Origin: Parcubacteria group bacterium GW2011_GWA2_43_13
GTDB lineage: Bacteria; Patescibacteriota; Patescibacteriia; UBA9629; GWA2-43-13
Assembly: GCA_000999025.1 (NCBI GenBank)
Contig: LCFM01000003.1
Location: forward strand, 12,253 to 76,252
Direction: 5' to 3'
DNA: 64,000 nt
Shown here: positions 8,371 to 18,343 of the stretch, piece by piece
How positions within the stretch are numbered: position 1 is the stretch's first letter
How the letters are laid out: each line of letters starts with the position of its first letter
Notes under the pieces: model-generated
Seen by the model: the letters and a program-made list of their open reading frames with translations, nothing else
Database searches by the model: none
What the model was told of the DNA's origin: nothing
Made by a program: the position numbers and the translations under genes

Positions 8371-9426
8371 CTATACAATTTCACACCACCCAAGATAATC
8401 TTCTTTTTCGCCATACTGAATGGCTGTCATATCATAATAAAACATCTCCGTCATCGGCCCTATCTTATTATTGTTGATATTCATCTCATTTCCATCATGG
8501 TGAATGAGCCCGATTGGAGCAATAACTGCCGCTGTTCCTGTCCCAAATGCCTCTTGTAACTTCCCTATGTGACCCGCGTCAAACACCTCCTGTATGGTAA
8601 TCGCTCGTTCCTCAACTATCATTCCCTTCTCTCGCGCAAGAGCAAGAACACTATCGCGAGTAATACCCGGTAAAATACTCCCTGATAACGCAGGAGTGAT
8701 CAGTACACTGTTAATAACAAAAAAAACATTCATCACGCCTGCTTCTTCAATAGTTGCATTATCATGGGCATTGAGCCACAAAATCTGGGAAAACCCTTGC
8801 TCATGCGCTTCTTTAAATGGAAGCATACTTGCGGCATAATTGCCTGCTGTTTTCACGTCACCAACGCCTCCGCGTACCGCCCGCACATACTCGCCTGATG
8901 TCATAAGCTTTACCGGCTTCATCCCTTCTGGATAATAATAGCCCATAGGAGATGTTAAAATCGCAAAACGGTACGAAAGCGATGGCTTCAATCCAAGAGA
9001 ATAATCAATAGCAAACACAACCGGCCGAATATACAACGACTTACCGCGTTCCTTCGGTATCCATGTTCTATCCAATTCCATGAGTGTGCGAATTGCTGAA
9101 ATAAAATGATCATAGTCAAACTGCGGAATGCACATGCGTTCGCATGAACGCATCAGACGTTTGTAATGATCACGTGGCCGGAATACGCGCACCTTACCGT
9201 CAGCGCCCCAAAATGCTTTCATTCCCTCAAACACCGATTGACCATAGTGAAGCGCGCTTAACGATAACGCCATGCCCACTTCACCATACGGAAGAATATG
9301 CGAATCGCCCCATACTCCGTCGCGAAAATCCATTGCGAACATGTGATCAGACATCTCTTTCCCAAAAACAAGGTTGTCAAAATCAACATTCTCTCTTCGA
9401 CTCTGTTGTGCTTTTTGTATGGTCAT
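8371..9426 (-). CDS. ilvE: Branched-chain amino acid aminotransferase
   Basis: LHYGQSVFEGMKA, LYIRP, KTAGNYA (PLP lysine), ILPGITRDS, GTGTAAVI; ATGA overlap with upstream gene. Confidence 0.95.
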   Translation of the reverse strand: MTIQKAQQSRRENVDFDNLVFGKEMSDHMFAMDFRDGVWGDSHILPYGEVGMALSLSALHYGQSVFEGMKAFWGADGKVRVFRPRDHYKRLMRSCERMCIPQFDYDHFISAIRTLMELDRTWIPKERGKSLYIRPVVFAIDYSLGLKPSLSYRFAILTSPMGYYYPEGMKPVKLMTSGEYVRAVRGGVGDVKTAGNYAASMLPFKEAHEQGFSQILWLNAHDNATIEEAGVMNVFFVINSVLITPALSGSILPGITRDSVLALAREKGMIVEERAITIQEVFDAGHIGKLQEAFGTGTAAVIAPIGLIHHDGNEMNINNNKIGPMTEMFYYDMTAIQYGEKEDYLGWCEIV

Positions 9427-10190
9427 AAATATTTTTCCCACAGTTCTTCAAATATCCATTTTTGCGTGATAGCAAAATCACTTGAATGAACGATAAATCC
9501 TATAATATCATGCTTAAAACTTACCATTGCCACGCGATCGCCATACATATATACTTCGCTTGAAAAAGGATTTTCTTGGTGTGGTATCACCCGCGTTTCG
9601 CGGAAACATTTTTTATCTTCTTTCATCAATGCGTATGCCTCGGGCGTATCAGACGCGAGAACACGAATTTTAATTTTTTTTAGTATCCGCTCTCGAATAA
9701 AGCGCCTATGCTCAAGAGGAGAAAATACCCTACGCTCTTCTTTTTGATTCGAAAGCAACAGAACTTCGTTGCGCGCATGTTCCAAAACATCATCTGTAAT
9801 CTCTTTCAATCCATGTTTGCCTGAAAAAAACCGCAATACCGGTTTTGCGTCATGTTCAGAATATTCAGCCAACAATGCAGGCAAAATGGAATCAATCTCA
9901 TCAAATCGTTTTCGCAATGTTCTCATCTTTGAACGCAAATGCGAAGCAATCGCTTGAGGCGGACGAGCCCACACCTTTTTAATCGGTTGAGCAACATCTT
10001 CCTCTATCAATCCGTGATCCTTCAGCCGCCCAAAAGCAAGGTACGCAGATGAACGATCCATCCTTAACAGTTGAGCAATATCCCCAATACTCGACTTTCC
10101 CACACGATAACTGGTAAGATAGCATTGGATTTCATTCTTGCTTAATCCCAATTCAGCAAGCGCGCTTTTTAAACTATCAAGTGTATCCAT
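9423..10190 (-). CDS. TrmB family transcriptional regulator
   Basis: LAELGLSKNEIQCY wHTH, PVLRFFSGKHGL, effector domain MYGDRVAMVS. Confidence 0.85.
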   Translation of the reverse strand: MDTLDSLKSALAELGLSKNEIQCYLTSYRVGKSSIGDIAQLLRMDRSSAYLAFGRLKDHGLIEEDVAQPIKKVWARPPQAIASHLRSKMRTLRKRFDEIDSILPALLAEYSEHDAKPVLRFFSGKHGLKEITDDVLEHARNEVLLLSNQKEERRVFSPLEHRRFIRERILKKIKIRVLASDTPEAYALMKEDKKCFRETRVIPHQENPFSSEVYMYGDRVAMVSFKHDIIGFIVHSSDFAITQKWIFEELWEKYL

Positions 10191-10332
10191 AACTATAGCG
10201 TATTCCCCTCCTTTTGAATAATTATATTCATCAATACAAAAGCATAGTATTATAATATACCTTATATTAGATAAAAAACAACACTCAAAAGTGTTGAGGA
10301 TAATTCTACATTTTTATACATTATCCACACCT

Positions 10333-10785
10333 ATGTACGTTACGATCCATTCGGTAATAGGGGCAGGTATTGGAAAATTCATTCCCAACCCATTCATTGC
10401 GTTCACGATAGCGGTTTTACTGCATTTTTTATGCGATGCCATTCCGCACGGTGATTCAAAAAACGGACTTGCGGATAATGAAAAAAAGAAACACATGATG
10501 ATTGCGTTTACTATTGATTCGCTTGCATGGATCGCAGTGATAGGAATTATTTTTCTCTTTGCGCCAATGACGCATCCGATCAGTATGGCATCAGGCGCTT
10601 TGGGAGGACTGTTCCCTGATCTCTTGCGCGTCCCGTATCTTCTTTTTCAATGGAAATTTTTTAAAAAATACTGCGTTTTCCATGATGCCATTCACAGGGT
10701 AGTACGTTACAATATTCCGATGCTTGCGGGAATCGTTGAGCAATCAATCGTTTTGGCCATCTTTTTTGCAATCATCTTCACATAA
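10333..10785 (+). CDS. Membrane metal-dependent hydrolase-like protein
   Basis: TIHSVIG, HFLCDAIPHGD, LFPD, FHDAIH motifs. Confidence 0.7.
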   Translation: MYVTIHSVIGAGIGKFIPNPFIAFTIAVLLHFLCDAIPHGDSKNGLADNEKKKHMMIAFTIDSLAWIAVIGIIFLFAPMTHPISMASGALGGLFPDLLRVPYLLFQWKFFKKYCVFHDAIHRVVRYNIPMLAGIVEQSIVLAIFFAIIFT

Positions 10786-10794
10786 CCCAAGCCA

Positions 10795-12306
10795 TTACAG
10801 CTCTTTCAAAAACCGCAACAACGTCCTAACGCCAAAACCGGTTGCGCCTTTTTCAGTATATTCTCTTTGTTCGATAGCCCAGGCAGGACCTGCAATATCA
10901 ATATGCGCCCATGGTGTCTCGCCGATAAAATTCTTAATAAACAGCGCGCCGGTAATCGCTCCGCCTCCCACAGCTCGTATCGCGGAAATATTCCGGAAAT
11001 CAGCAATATCGCTTTTCATCAACTTTTCATAACTTTGTTCAAGTGGCAATTGCCACATTTTTTCACCGGCATCATCTGCCGCTGTTTTTATTTTACCCAA
11101 AAGAGATTGATCAGTACCAAATAATCCTGCGATATCCGGTCCCAAGGCAACGATGCAAGCGCCGGTCAAAGTAGCAAGATCAATAATCATATCTGCCTTG
11201 TGATCAACTGCGTACGCGCACGCATCGGCAAGCACGAGCCGGCCTTCAGCATCAGTATTCAAAACCTCGACTGTCTTTTTATTGTACGCGGTCAAAACAT
11301 CACCCGGTTTGATAGCAGTTCCTGATGGCATATTCTCACATGCGGCAATAATGCCATGCACTTCAATTTTAGGAGAAAGCGTCGCAATCTGCGAAAAAAC
11401 GCCTAACACAGCCGCTCCGCCAGCCATATCCATTTTCATATTTTCCATGGAATCAGCCGGCTTGATTGAAATGCCTCCGCTGTCAAATGTGATGCCTTTG
11501 CCTACCAAAAATACCTTTTTCTTTGATGGCATTTTCGGAGTATAACTCAAGTGAATAAGATACGGCGGCTCATCTGATCCGCGCGCAACTCCAAGAATGC
11601 ACCCAAATCCCTTTTTCTTCAGTTCTTTCTCATCCAACACAGAGCACGAGATCTGTTTATGCCTCAAAGATATTTCTTGAGCATGACTCACCAATACCTC
11701 AGGGGTAATATGAGACGATGGCTCGTTCACCAAATCAGAGGCCTGCATTGCGCCTTGAACATACATTTCACCAAGCTCGACGGCGCGTTCTAATCCTAAG
11801 ACCTCACGCTTGTTTTCGTGACATAACACAGCGCGCTGTAAAGAGACGACGTTATTCTCGTTTTCTGATTTATATTTTTTAAATGAATACTGAGAAAGCA
11901 GTATTCCTTCAACAATATCAGGCACGACATCTTTTGCTGTTTCATTGTTTGGAAGATACGCCGCCACACGGAAAGCCAGAGTCCCAACCCCTGCTTTTGA
12001 CGCCGCTCGCGTGGCAAGCCCTGCCGCTTTTCTCAATGTCTCATCAGTGATATCTTTTTGAGGACCAATGCCAACAAGGATAATCCTGCGGCCGGGTTTG
12101 CTCATCCATAATGGAAATGAAAAAAGTTCACCTAATTTGCCTTGAAATTTTTCATGCTTTATTTCTGACACAAGCGTCGCTAATTCATCTTTATGTAAAA
12201 AAGAAAGTGATTTGCTAATTTCCTTTTCATCTTGAGGCACAAATACAGCATAGCCGTCTGTGTGTAATTGATTATTCCATGTTGGATTAATGGTTATCTT
12301 TGTCAT
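10795..12306 (-). CDS. pepA: Leucyl aminopeptidase (M17)
   Basis: VGKGITFDSGG, MKMDMAGG, NTDAEGRL, DLATLTGA. Confidence 0.97.
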   Translation of the reverse strand: MTKITINPTWNNQLHTDGYAVFVPQDEKEISKSLSFLHKDELATLVSEIKHEKFQGKLGELFSFPLWMSKPGRRIILVGIGPQKDITDETLRKAAGLATRAASKAGVGTLAFRVAAYLPNNETAKDVVPDIVEGILLSQYSFKKYKSENENNVVSLQRAVLCHENKREVLGLERAVELGEMYVQGAMQASDLVNEPSSHITPEVLVSHAQEISLRHKQISCSVLDEKELKKKGFGCILGVARGSDEPPYLIHLSYTPKMPSKKKVFLVGKGITFDSGGISIKPADSMENMKMDMAGGAAVLGVFSQIATLSPKIEVHGIIAACENMPSGTAIKPGDVLTAYNKKTVEVLNTDAEGRLVLADACAYAVDHKADMIIDLATLTGACIVALGPDIAGLFGTDQSLLGKIKTAADDAGEKMWQLPLEQSYEKLMKSDIADFRNISAIRAVGGGAITGALFIKNFIGETPWAHIDIAGPAWAIEQREYTEKGATGFGVRTLLRFLKEL

Positions 12307-12341
12307 ATAATGCGAAATCTTTAGTCCCAGATAATACTCTA

Positions 12342-12614
12342 TTATTCCACATTCTCATTCTCGTAATTCTCTGTCAAATACTCCACCGCCTTTTCATCAT
12401 CATCCGCGATCACTGTATCTGTATTCGGATCAACCAACACAGGAACATATCGCTGTCCTGATACTTTTTCAAGTTCATCACGCTCTTCAAGATTACGAGG
12501 AACGTTATGAATAATATACGTCATCCCCAAATCAGTGAGCGCTGTTCGCACTTTCTTGCAATATGGGCATTCCTCAAACTGATACAATTCAAGCATTTTT
12601 TTTGACTGTTCCAT
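12342..12614 (-). CDS. Glutaredoxin-like protein
   Basis: CPYC motif, VPVLVDPN. Confidence 0.85.
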   Translation of the reverse strand: MEQSKKMLELYQFEECPYCKKVRTALTDLGMTYIIHNVPRNLEERDELEKVSGQRYVPVLVDPNTDTVIADDDEKAVEYLTENYENENVE

Positions 12615-12690
12615 AGTACTTTATTTTAATACGGGCTAAAAACATCTGCTATCATAACGAAAAAATCCCTTTATTGCAAGGGGGGTCGGT

Positions 12691-12754
12691 GTAGAGACGC
12701 GGCGGTGCCACGTCTTATAGATACAAGAGACGCCCCAACGGGGCGCGTCTCTAC
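12691..12754. repeat. GTAG-type REP doublet
   Basis: GTAGAGACGCGGCGGTGCCACGTCT ... GAGACGCCCCAACGGGGCGCGTCTCTAC. Confidence 0.85.
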
Positions 12755-12757
12755 ACT

Positions 12758-13273
12758 CTAATATAATGTTTTTTTATTCAAAAAGATGACTCTAAAAAAT
12801 TTATGTCGCCGAAAAAAATACTTATCACATGACACTGCCTTCGATCCGCTTGCAAATAGCAAAACAACTCCTATCACAATCATCAAGAGATTCAGTGTCC
12901 ATCCGGCCGCGCTCATCCAGCCGGAGAGAATAAAAAACATGGCATTCAATTTTATACTGCCGATCGCCGCGATATTCACCAAAAAACCAAGAATCAACAA
13001 AACACCAATAGTAACCTCTGCCCATTGCAAGAGTGTGCCTGCGGTGTGTGCGTTGGGAAGAATATAGTTGTGAAACAATGATGAAAACCACACAGGGACA
13101 TCTCCTGAAAGCATCTTATTGAGCGTCTGTTCGATGCCATTAACAAAATCAGGACTTTTCACTTTTTCATACCCGGCATGCAACCACACCGCACCCATCA
13201 TAATGCGGATCACTGAAAGCCAAAATGAACTGTATTTATCCGGCGCATTTCCTACTGATATGGACATAGTCAT
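12758..13273 (-). CDS. DoxX/DoxD family membrane protein
   Basis: RIMMGAVWLHAGYEK, AEVTIGVLLILG, SCD motif. Confidence 0.85.
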   Translation of the reverse strand: MTMSISVGNAPDKYSSFWLSVIRIMMGAVWLHAGYEKVKSPDFVNGIEQTLNKMLSGDVPVWFSSLFHNYILPNAHTAGTLLQWAEVTIGVLLILGFLVNIAAIGSIKLNAMFFILSGWMSAAGWTLNLLMIVIGVVLLFASGSKAVSCDKYFFRRHKFFRVIFLNKKTLY

Positions 13274-13348
13274 TAAACCACAAAAAACAAGAAACAAATA
13301 ACACAAAACTTAAAAATTGTTTACTGTTTTTTGTTTATTGTCGCTCGG

Positions 13349-13573
13349 TTATACTGCTACCACTTCTATTACTTCTGGTACAATTTCTTTGAGTTGTTTT
13401 TCAATGCCGAATTTTAAAGTGAGATTCGAAATCGGGCAGTGTTCGCACGCACCCTGCAACGCCACAGTTACAACTCCATTTGTATAACTCACAAACGACA
13501 CATCCCCGCCATCTTGCTGAATCAATGGGCGAATTCCTTGAATCACTTTTTCAATTTTTTCTAATTCTGACAT
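13349..13573 (-). CDS. NifU-C/NfuA-like Fe-S carrier
   Basis: IRPLIQQDGGDV..LQGACEHCPIS..TLKFGIE. Confidence 0.92.
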   Translation of the reverse strand: MSELEKIEKVIQGIRPLIQQDGGDVSFVSYTNGVVTVALQGACEHCPISNLTLKFGIEKQLKEIVPEVIEVVAV

Positions 13574-13592
13574 AGATATAGTATACACATTT

Positions 13593-13982
13593 TCACATTA
13601 TTACACCACGACTCAACGCTTCTCTTAAAGCGTCACGAACCAAAAGTGCACACTTGAGGCGCACTGGGGTAAGGGAAATGCCTAATAAATCTGTTACTGT
13701 TTCCGACGTCATTTGCTCTACTTCTTGGATTTCCTTCTCTTTTGCCCATTCAGTCAATAGAGAAGCGCTGGCAATGCATATCGCGCATCCATGGCCATCA
13801 AACCCAATAGCGACAATATTTGACAATTGACAATTGACAATTGACATTTGGACCCACACTTCAACCTCATCCCCACACAACGGATTAGAAACCTTACCAG
13901 AATAATGCGTAAAATCATCCAACCTCCCTCGGTTTCGCGGGTTTTTGTAATGATCTAAAATCTGCTCACGGTACATTGACAT
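13593..13982 (-). CDS. sufU: SufU/IscU-type Fe-S scaffold or sulfur-transfer protein
   Basis: YREQILDHYKNPRN, NPLCGD, GCAICIAS, RLKCALL. Confidence 0.92.
   Translation of the reverse strand: MSMYREQILDHYKNPRNRGRLDDFTHYSGKVSNPLCGDEVEVWVQMSIVNCQLSNIVAIGFDGHGCAICIASASLLTEWAKEKEIQEVEQMTSETVTDLLGISLTPVRLKCALLVRDALREALSRGVIM
13820..13850. repeat. TGACAAT heptamer tandem repeat, in frame in sufU
   Basis: TTGACAATTGACAATTGACAATTGACATTTG, translated on the minus strand as QMSIVNCQLS. Confidence 0.85.
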
Positions 13983-14034
13983 AAAATCATATTTATGGTA
14001 AGAGGTACCTTACCTCAACATAGAAAGGCGCAAC

Positions 14035-14442
14035 ATGTTGTCACGAAAGATCCGGCGCACGCCTCATAGCCCAGTGCCACAAATAACAGTGAGTTACAAT
14101 ATAGTACCACAGGCGAACCTCCGCTCTGCGGACCTCCGCGAGGCGGACCTCCGCTCTGCGAACCTCCGCGAGGCGGACCTCCGCTCTGCGAACCTCAGCT
14201 GGGCGTTCCTCAACTGGGCGGACCTCCGCTCTGCGGACCTCCGCAAGGCGAACCTCCGCTCTGCGGACCTCCGCGAGGCGGACCTCCGCAAGGCGAACCT
14301 CCGCGGGGCGTTCCTCAACTGGGCGGACCTCCGCTCTGCGGACCTCCGCGAGGCGTTCCTCAGCGGAGCGAAATACAATGCACAAACCATGTTCCCCGAA
14401 GGATTTGATCCGAAAACCGCAGGAATGATCAAACAGGAATGA
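14035..14442 (+). CDS. Pentapeptide repeat protein (opposite strand, inside the suf locus)
   Basis: A(D/N)LRX repeats from 15-nt GC-rich units; tail AKYNAQTMFPEGFDP; GAAAGG before the ATG. Confidence 0.85.
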   Translation: MLSRKIRRTPHSPVPQITVSYNIVPQANLRSADLREADLRSANLREADLRSANLSWAFLNWADLRSADLRKANLRSADLREADLRKANLRGAFLNWADLRSADLREAFLSGAKYNAQTMFPEGFDPKTAGMIKQE

Positions 14443-14472
14443 TCAAATCCGAGAACTAACTCCCCCCTGCCG

Positions 14473-14508
14473 ACGCGAAGCTGTATCTACAGTTCCGCGT
14501 TTTTTTTA
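14473..14508 (+). terminator. Intrinsic terminator
   Basis: ACGCGAAGCTGTATCTACAGTTCCGCGT followed by a T run. Confidence 0.65.
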
Positions 14509-15780
14509 TTACAACCGCTTCTGTACACTTTTTATACCAACCACCAACCTCTCAACATCCTCTTCGGTATTATATACCCATACGCTTGCCCGACACGATG
14601 CGACAAGTCCTAAGTATTCATGCAAAGGCATAGCGCAGTGATGACCAGCGCGGATGGCAATATTTTGTTCATCCAATAATTGGGCTACATCATGAGCGTG
14701 GATGTTAGGGAAGTTAAACGAAATCAAACCAGAGCGTTTTTCAATCTCGCGAGGACCAAGAATCCAGTTTTCAGTTTTCATCTGCCAGCTGGCGGATCGG
14801 TTTTCAAATTTGACATTTGATAACTGACAACTGATATTTGAAAGTATTGCCTCCTCGTGCTTCCGTATATCATTCCAGCCCAAACTCTTTAACCAATTCA
14901 CTGCCGCGGCAAGCCCAATCGCGCCTGCGATATGTGGAGTGCCTGCTTCAAATTTATGCGGAACATCATTCCAAACCGAATAATCGCGATGCACTTCGCG
15001 GATCATATCCCCACCAGTTATAAACGGCTCCATCTCTTGCAGGCGTGATGACTTTGCGTATAACACGCCAATGCCGGTTGGGCCACCTAATTTATGCCCG
15101 GAAAACACCAGAAAATCACAATCTAAATCTCCCACATCCACTTTCATGTGAGGAACTGATTGCGAAGCATCAATCAATACTGGCACATGATGTTCATGCG
15201 CTTGTTTGATGATTTCTTTTATTGGATTGACCGTGCCAAGCACATTGGAGACATGGGTAAGCGCGAGGAAATTGATTGACTCAAAATAATGGTCAGGAAT
15301 AATCAATTCTCCATTTGCATCAACTTCCAAGTACCGTAACGTACTACCTTTGACATTTGACAACTGACATTTGACAACCGACTGCCACGGCACAATATTG
15401 CTGTGATGCTCGGCAATGGATAACCCAATAACCGCACCGTCACCCCCTCCTTTTAAAGGAAAGGGGAGGGGGTGGTTTCGCAACCACGCGTACGCGACTA
15501 AATTGATCGCCTCGGTCGCGTTGCGCGTAAAAATAATCTCGGAAGGATGCGCGCCAATAAAGCTGGCAACATCCTCCCGCGCCTGCTCATACGCCGCGGT
15601 GGCGCGATTAGAAAGCGCATAAATCCCCCTATGAACATTCGCGCTGTATTCGGTGTAATACTTGTTCATCGCGTCAATCACGCACTGCGGTTTTAGTGCT
15701 GTCGCCGCGCTATCTAAATACACCAAATCTGGATGATGGTTAAATATCGGAAATTCTTTTTTAATACTTTGATCAAACAT
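14509..15780 (-). CDS. sufS: SufS cysteine desulfurase, with three short in-frame repeat insertions
   Basis: YLDSAATALKP, EHHSNIVPW, FSGHK, FEAGTP, RAGHHCA. Confidence 0.95.
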   Translation of the reverse strand: MFDQSIKKEFPIFNHHPDLVYLDSAATALKPQCVIDAMNKYYTEYSANVHRGIYALSNRATAAYEQAREDVASFIGAHPSEIIFTRNATEAINLVAYAWLRNHPLPFPLKGGGDGAVIGLSIAEHHSNIVPWQSVVKCQLSNVKGSTLRYLEVDANGELIIPDHYFESINFLALTHVSNVLGTVNPIKEIIKQAHEHHVPVLIDASQSVPHMKVDVGDLDCDFLVFSGHKLGGPTGIGVLYAKSSRLQEMEPFITGGDMIREVHRDYSVWNDVPHKFEAGTPHIAGAIGLAAAVNWLKSLGWNDIRKHEEAILSNISCQLSNVKFENRSASWQMKTENWILGPREIEKRSGLISFNFPNIHAHDVAQLLDEQNIAIRAGHHCAMPLHEYLGLVASCRASVWVYNTEEDVERLVVGIKSVQKRL

Positions 15781-15802
15781 AAAATTGTCATGACACTTTA
15801 TT

Positions 15803-16192
15803 TTAATGACCATTCTTGCCACATCCGCACTGCCCCCCGCAACAACCATCCTGTGCCCCACTACCTCCGCAACACTCGTCATCCTCAATCATCACCACAA
15901 CCTCATCTCCCTCCACCAAAACCTTATACGTTTTCAATGGATGCGTCGCAGGCAATGCAAGCACTTTGCCGGTTTTGATATCAAACCGCGCGCCATGGCG
16001 AGGGCACTCAATAATATGATCGTCAATAATCACGCCCTGCACCAAAGACGCTCCTTTATGCGTGCACTCATCATCAAGGGCAAACCACCCATCTTGAAGA
16101 TGATACACAGTAATCTTTTTTCCACTAATCTCAAACCTCTTTTTTTTACCAATAGAAATATCACCTATTGGAATATTTAACTGTTTTGACAT
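15803..16192 (-). CDS. Rieske-type ferredoxin with a Cys/Gly-rich tail
   Basis: CTH and CPRHGARFD Rieske ligands. Confidence 0.9.
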   Translation of the reverse strand: MSKQLNIPIGDISIGKKKRFEISGKKITVYHLQDGWFALDDECTHKGASLVQGVIIDDHIIECPRHGARFDIKTGKVLALPATHPLKTYKVLVEGDEVVVMIEDDECCGGSGAQDGCCGGQCGCGKNGH

Positions 16193-16197
16193 AGATA

Positions 16198-16845
16198 CTA
16201 TGATTGAGGTATTAATTTCATCACTTCGAATAAAAATCCTTTGATGATCATTTCTTGCGCTAATGCCTTTTCTATACCACGACTTTGGAGATAAAACAAC
16301 TGCCTATCATCAATCCTACCAGTCGTTGCGGCATGGCTTGCTTTGACATCATTGGCTTCTATTTCCAACTCCGGCTTGCTTTCTGATTTTGCATGTTTTG
16401 ATAGCAACAACACCCGATTTTCTAAAAACGCGTTTGATTGCTGGGCTGGTTTATCAATTTTGATCATGCCGTTGAACACTTGTTTACTCGCATCTTTCCC
16501 CACGCCTTTGAATAATGTTTTTGATTGCGAGCGCGGACCAAGATGATGAACAGTAAGATTGAATTGATAATGACTATCGTGTTCAGCAAGAACTGCGCCA
16601 CAGATTTCTGCCCGTGCGTCTGCGTGGAGTTCAACGCGCAGAGTACGGCGCGTCATCGTACCCTCTCCTAATGTAGGAGAGGGTACGATGACACTCGTCG
16701 GTACAAAAAAATACCGCACAACTCCAAACGGCTCTACCGTAATCACCGCCTCTCCCGAAACTCCCCCATCATCAACCACCACCAACTCATCGTTGGGATT
16801 AACACAAATATTATTCATCATATCAGACCAATGCAATAACTTCAT
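16198..16845 (-). CDS. sufD: SufD (short form)
   Basis: [26 protein letters not shown]. Confidence 0.9.
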   Translation of the reverse strand: MKLLHWSDMMNNICVNPNDELVVVDDGGVSGEAVITVEPFGVVRYFFVPTSVIVPSPTLGEGTMTRRTLRVELHADARAEICGAVLAEHDSHYQFNLTVHHLGPRSQSKTLFKGVGKDASKQVFNGMIKIDKPAQQSNAFLENRVLLLSKHAKSESKPELEIEANDVKASHAATTGRIDDRQLFYLQSRGIEKALAQEMIIKGFLFEVMKLIPQS

Positions 16846-16881
16846 AGTCGTTCATTCAAACACCTCCCCCTACGGTTGGCA

Positions 16882-18276
16882 TCAGCCAACCGATCCCTCC
16901 ATCTCCAACTCAATCAACCGATTCATCTCCACCGCGTACTCCAAAGGCAATTCTTTTACAATCGGCTCTATAAACCCATTCACCATCATTAAACTTGCTT
17001 CTTGCGGCGACAAACCACGGGATTGTAAATAAAACAACTGCTCTGTCCCTATTTTAGAAACCGTTGCTTCATGGCCAATAGAAACATCATCATTGTCAAT
17101 TTCCATCACCGGATAGGTGTCCGAACGCGACGCCTCATCCAAAATCAATGCATCGCACTGTACATTGGATTTTACGCCATACGCCTCCGGATGAATTTTT
17201 AATAACCCGCGATACGAAGTTCTGCCGCCATGATGACTGATGGATTTAGAAACAATATGCGAGGTAGTAAGCGGAGCCACATGCACCACTTTACCGCCCG
17301 CGTCTTGATGCTGACCTTCGCCTGCCATTGCCAAAGATAAAATATCAGCGCGCGCGCCTTTGCCCATTAAATACACAGATGGATATTTCATGGTAACTCG
17401 GCTCCCAAAATTACCATCCACCCATTCCATAGTCGCATCCTCATACGCGACTGCGCGTTTCGTCACGAGGTTGTACACATTTTTTGACCAATTCTGCACC
17501 GTGGTATACCGCACACGCGCGCCACGCAATACAATAATCTCCACCACCGCGCTGTGCAAAGATGCTGATTGATAGATAGGCGCGGTACAACCTTCCACAT
17601 AATGCACAAAACTGCCTTCATCCGCGATAATCAAGGTCCGTTCAAACTGCCCCATATTCTGCGCGTTGATGCGAAAATACGCTTGCAATGGCGTGTTGAC
17701 TTGCACTCCTGGAGGAACATACACAAAACTTCCGCCGCTCCACACCGCGCTATTTAAAGCGGCAAACTTGTTATCCCCAGAAGGAATCACGGTGCCAAAA
17801 TATTGTTTTACCAAATCAGGATGCTCTCGCATCGCGGTTTCAACATCAGAAAACACCACCCCTAAATCAACAAGCTCTTTACGCATATTATGATACACCA
17901 CTTCACTATCATACTGCGCGCCGACTCCCGCTAAAAAATCCTGCTCCATTTGCGGGATGCCTAAACGATCAAATGTTTTTTTAATATCTTTAGGCAAATC
18001 AGACCATTCTTGCGTACTTCGCTCTGTTGGTTTGAGATAATAATACATCTCATCAAAATTGATGCCTGACAAATCCGCGCCCCAATGTGGCATCTTTTTT
18101 TTACAAAACACATCATACGCATGCAGGCGATACTCCAGCATCCATTGCGGTTCATTTTTATAACGCGAAATCATTTCCACAATCGCACGAGACAACCCCT
18201 TGGGGGTTTTAAAAATATGAGCTTCAGTATCCTTAAATCCGTATTGATAATCCGGTTGTATTTGAATAAATGACAT
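16882..18276 (-). CDS. sufB: SufB
   Basis: [40 protein letters not shown]. Confidence 0.97.
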   Translation of the reverse strand: MSFIQIQPDYQYGFKDTEAHIFKTPKGLSRAIVEMISRYKNEPQWMLEYRLHAYDVFCKKKMPHWGADLSGINFDEMYYYLKPTERSTQEWSDLPKDIKKTFDRLGIPQMEQDFLAGVGAQYDSEVVYHNMRKELVDLGVVFSDVETAMREHPDLVKQYFGTVIPSGDNKFAALNSAVWSGGSFVYVPPGVQVNTPLQAYFRINAQNMGQFERTLIIADEGSFVHYVEGCTAPIYQSASLHSAVVEIIVLRGARVRYTTVQNWSKNVYNLVTKRAVAYEDATMEWVDGNFGSRVTMKYPSVYLMGKGARADILSLAMAGEGQHQDAGGKVVHVAPLTTSHIVSKSISHHGGRTSYRGLLKIHPEAYGVKSNVQCDALILDEASRSDTYPVMEIDNDDVSIGHEATVSKIGTEQLFYLQSRGLSPQEASLMMVNGFIEPIVKELPLEYAVEMNRLIELEMEGSVG

Positions 18277-18288
18277 AATGGATATAAA

Positions 18289-18342
18289 ATATCAATTTTC
18301 AAATGTCAAATTTGAAAACTGAAAACTGAAATTTGACATTTG
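18289..18342. repeat. Heptamer repeat hairpin between sufC and sufB
   Basis: TTTTCAAATGTCAAATTTGAAAACTGAAAACTGAAATTTGACATT. Confidence 0.75.
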
Positions 18343-18343
18343 G

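Noticed and set aside
14113-14370. Tandem repeats as a CRISPR array
   Set aside because: The 15-nt units are contiguous, have no spacers, and encode pentapeptide repeats.
14041-14432. Minus-strand ORFs with AEVRR/RRSAE repeats
   Set aside because: They are shadow frames of the pentapeptide gene.
16882-18276. Intein in SufB
   Set aside because: The protein is normal length (464 aa) with no splice motifs.
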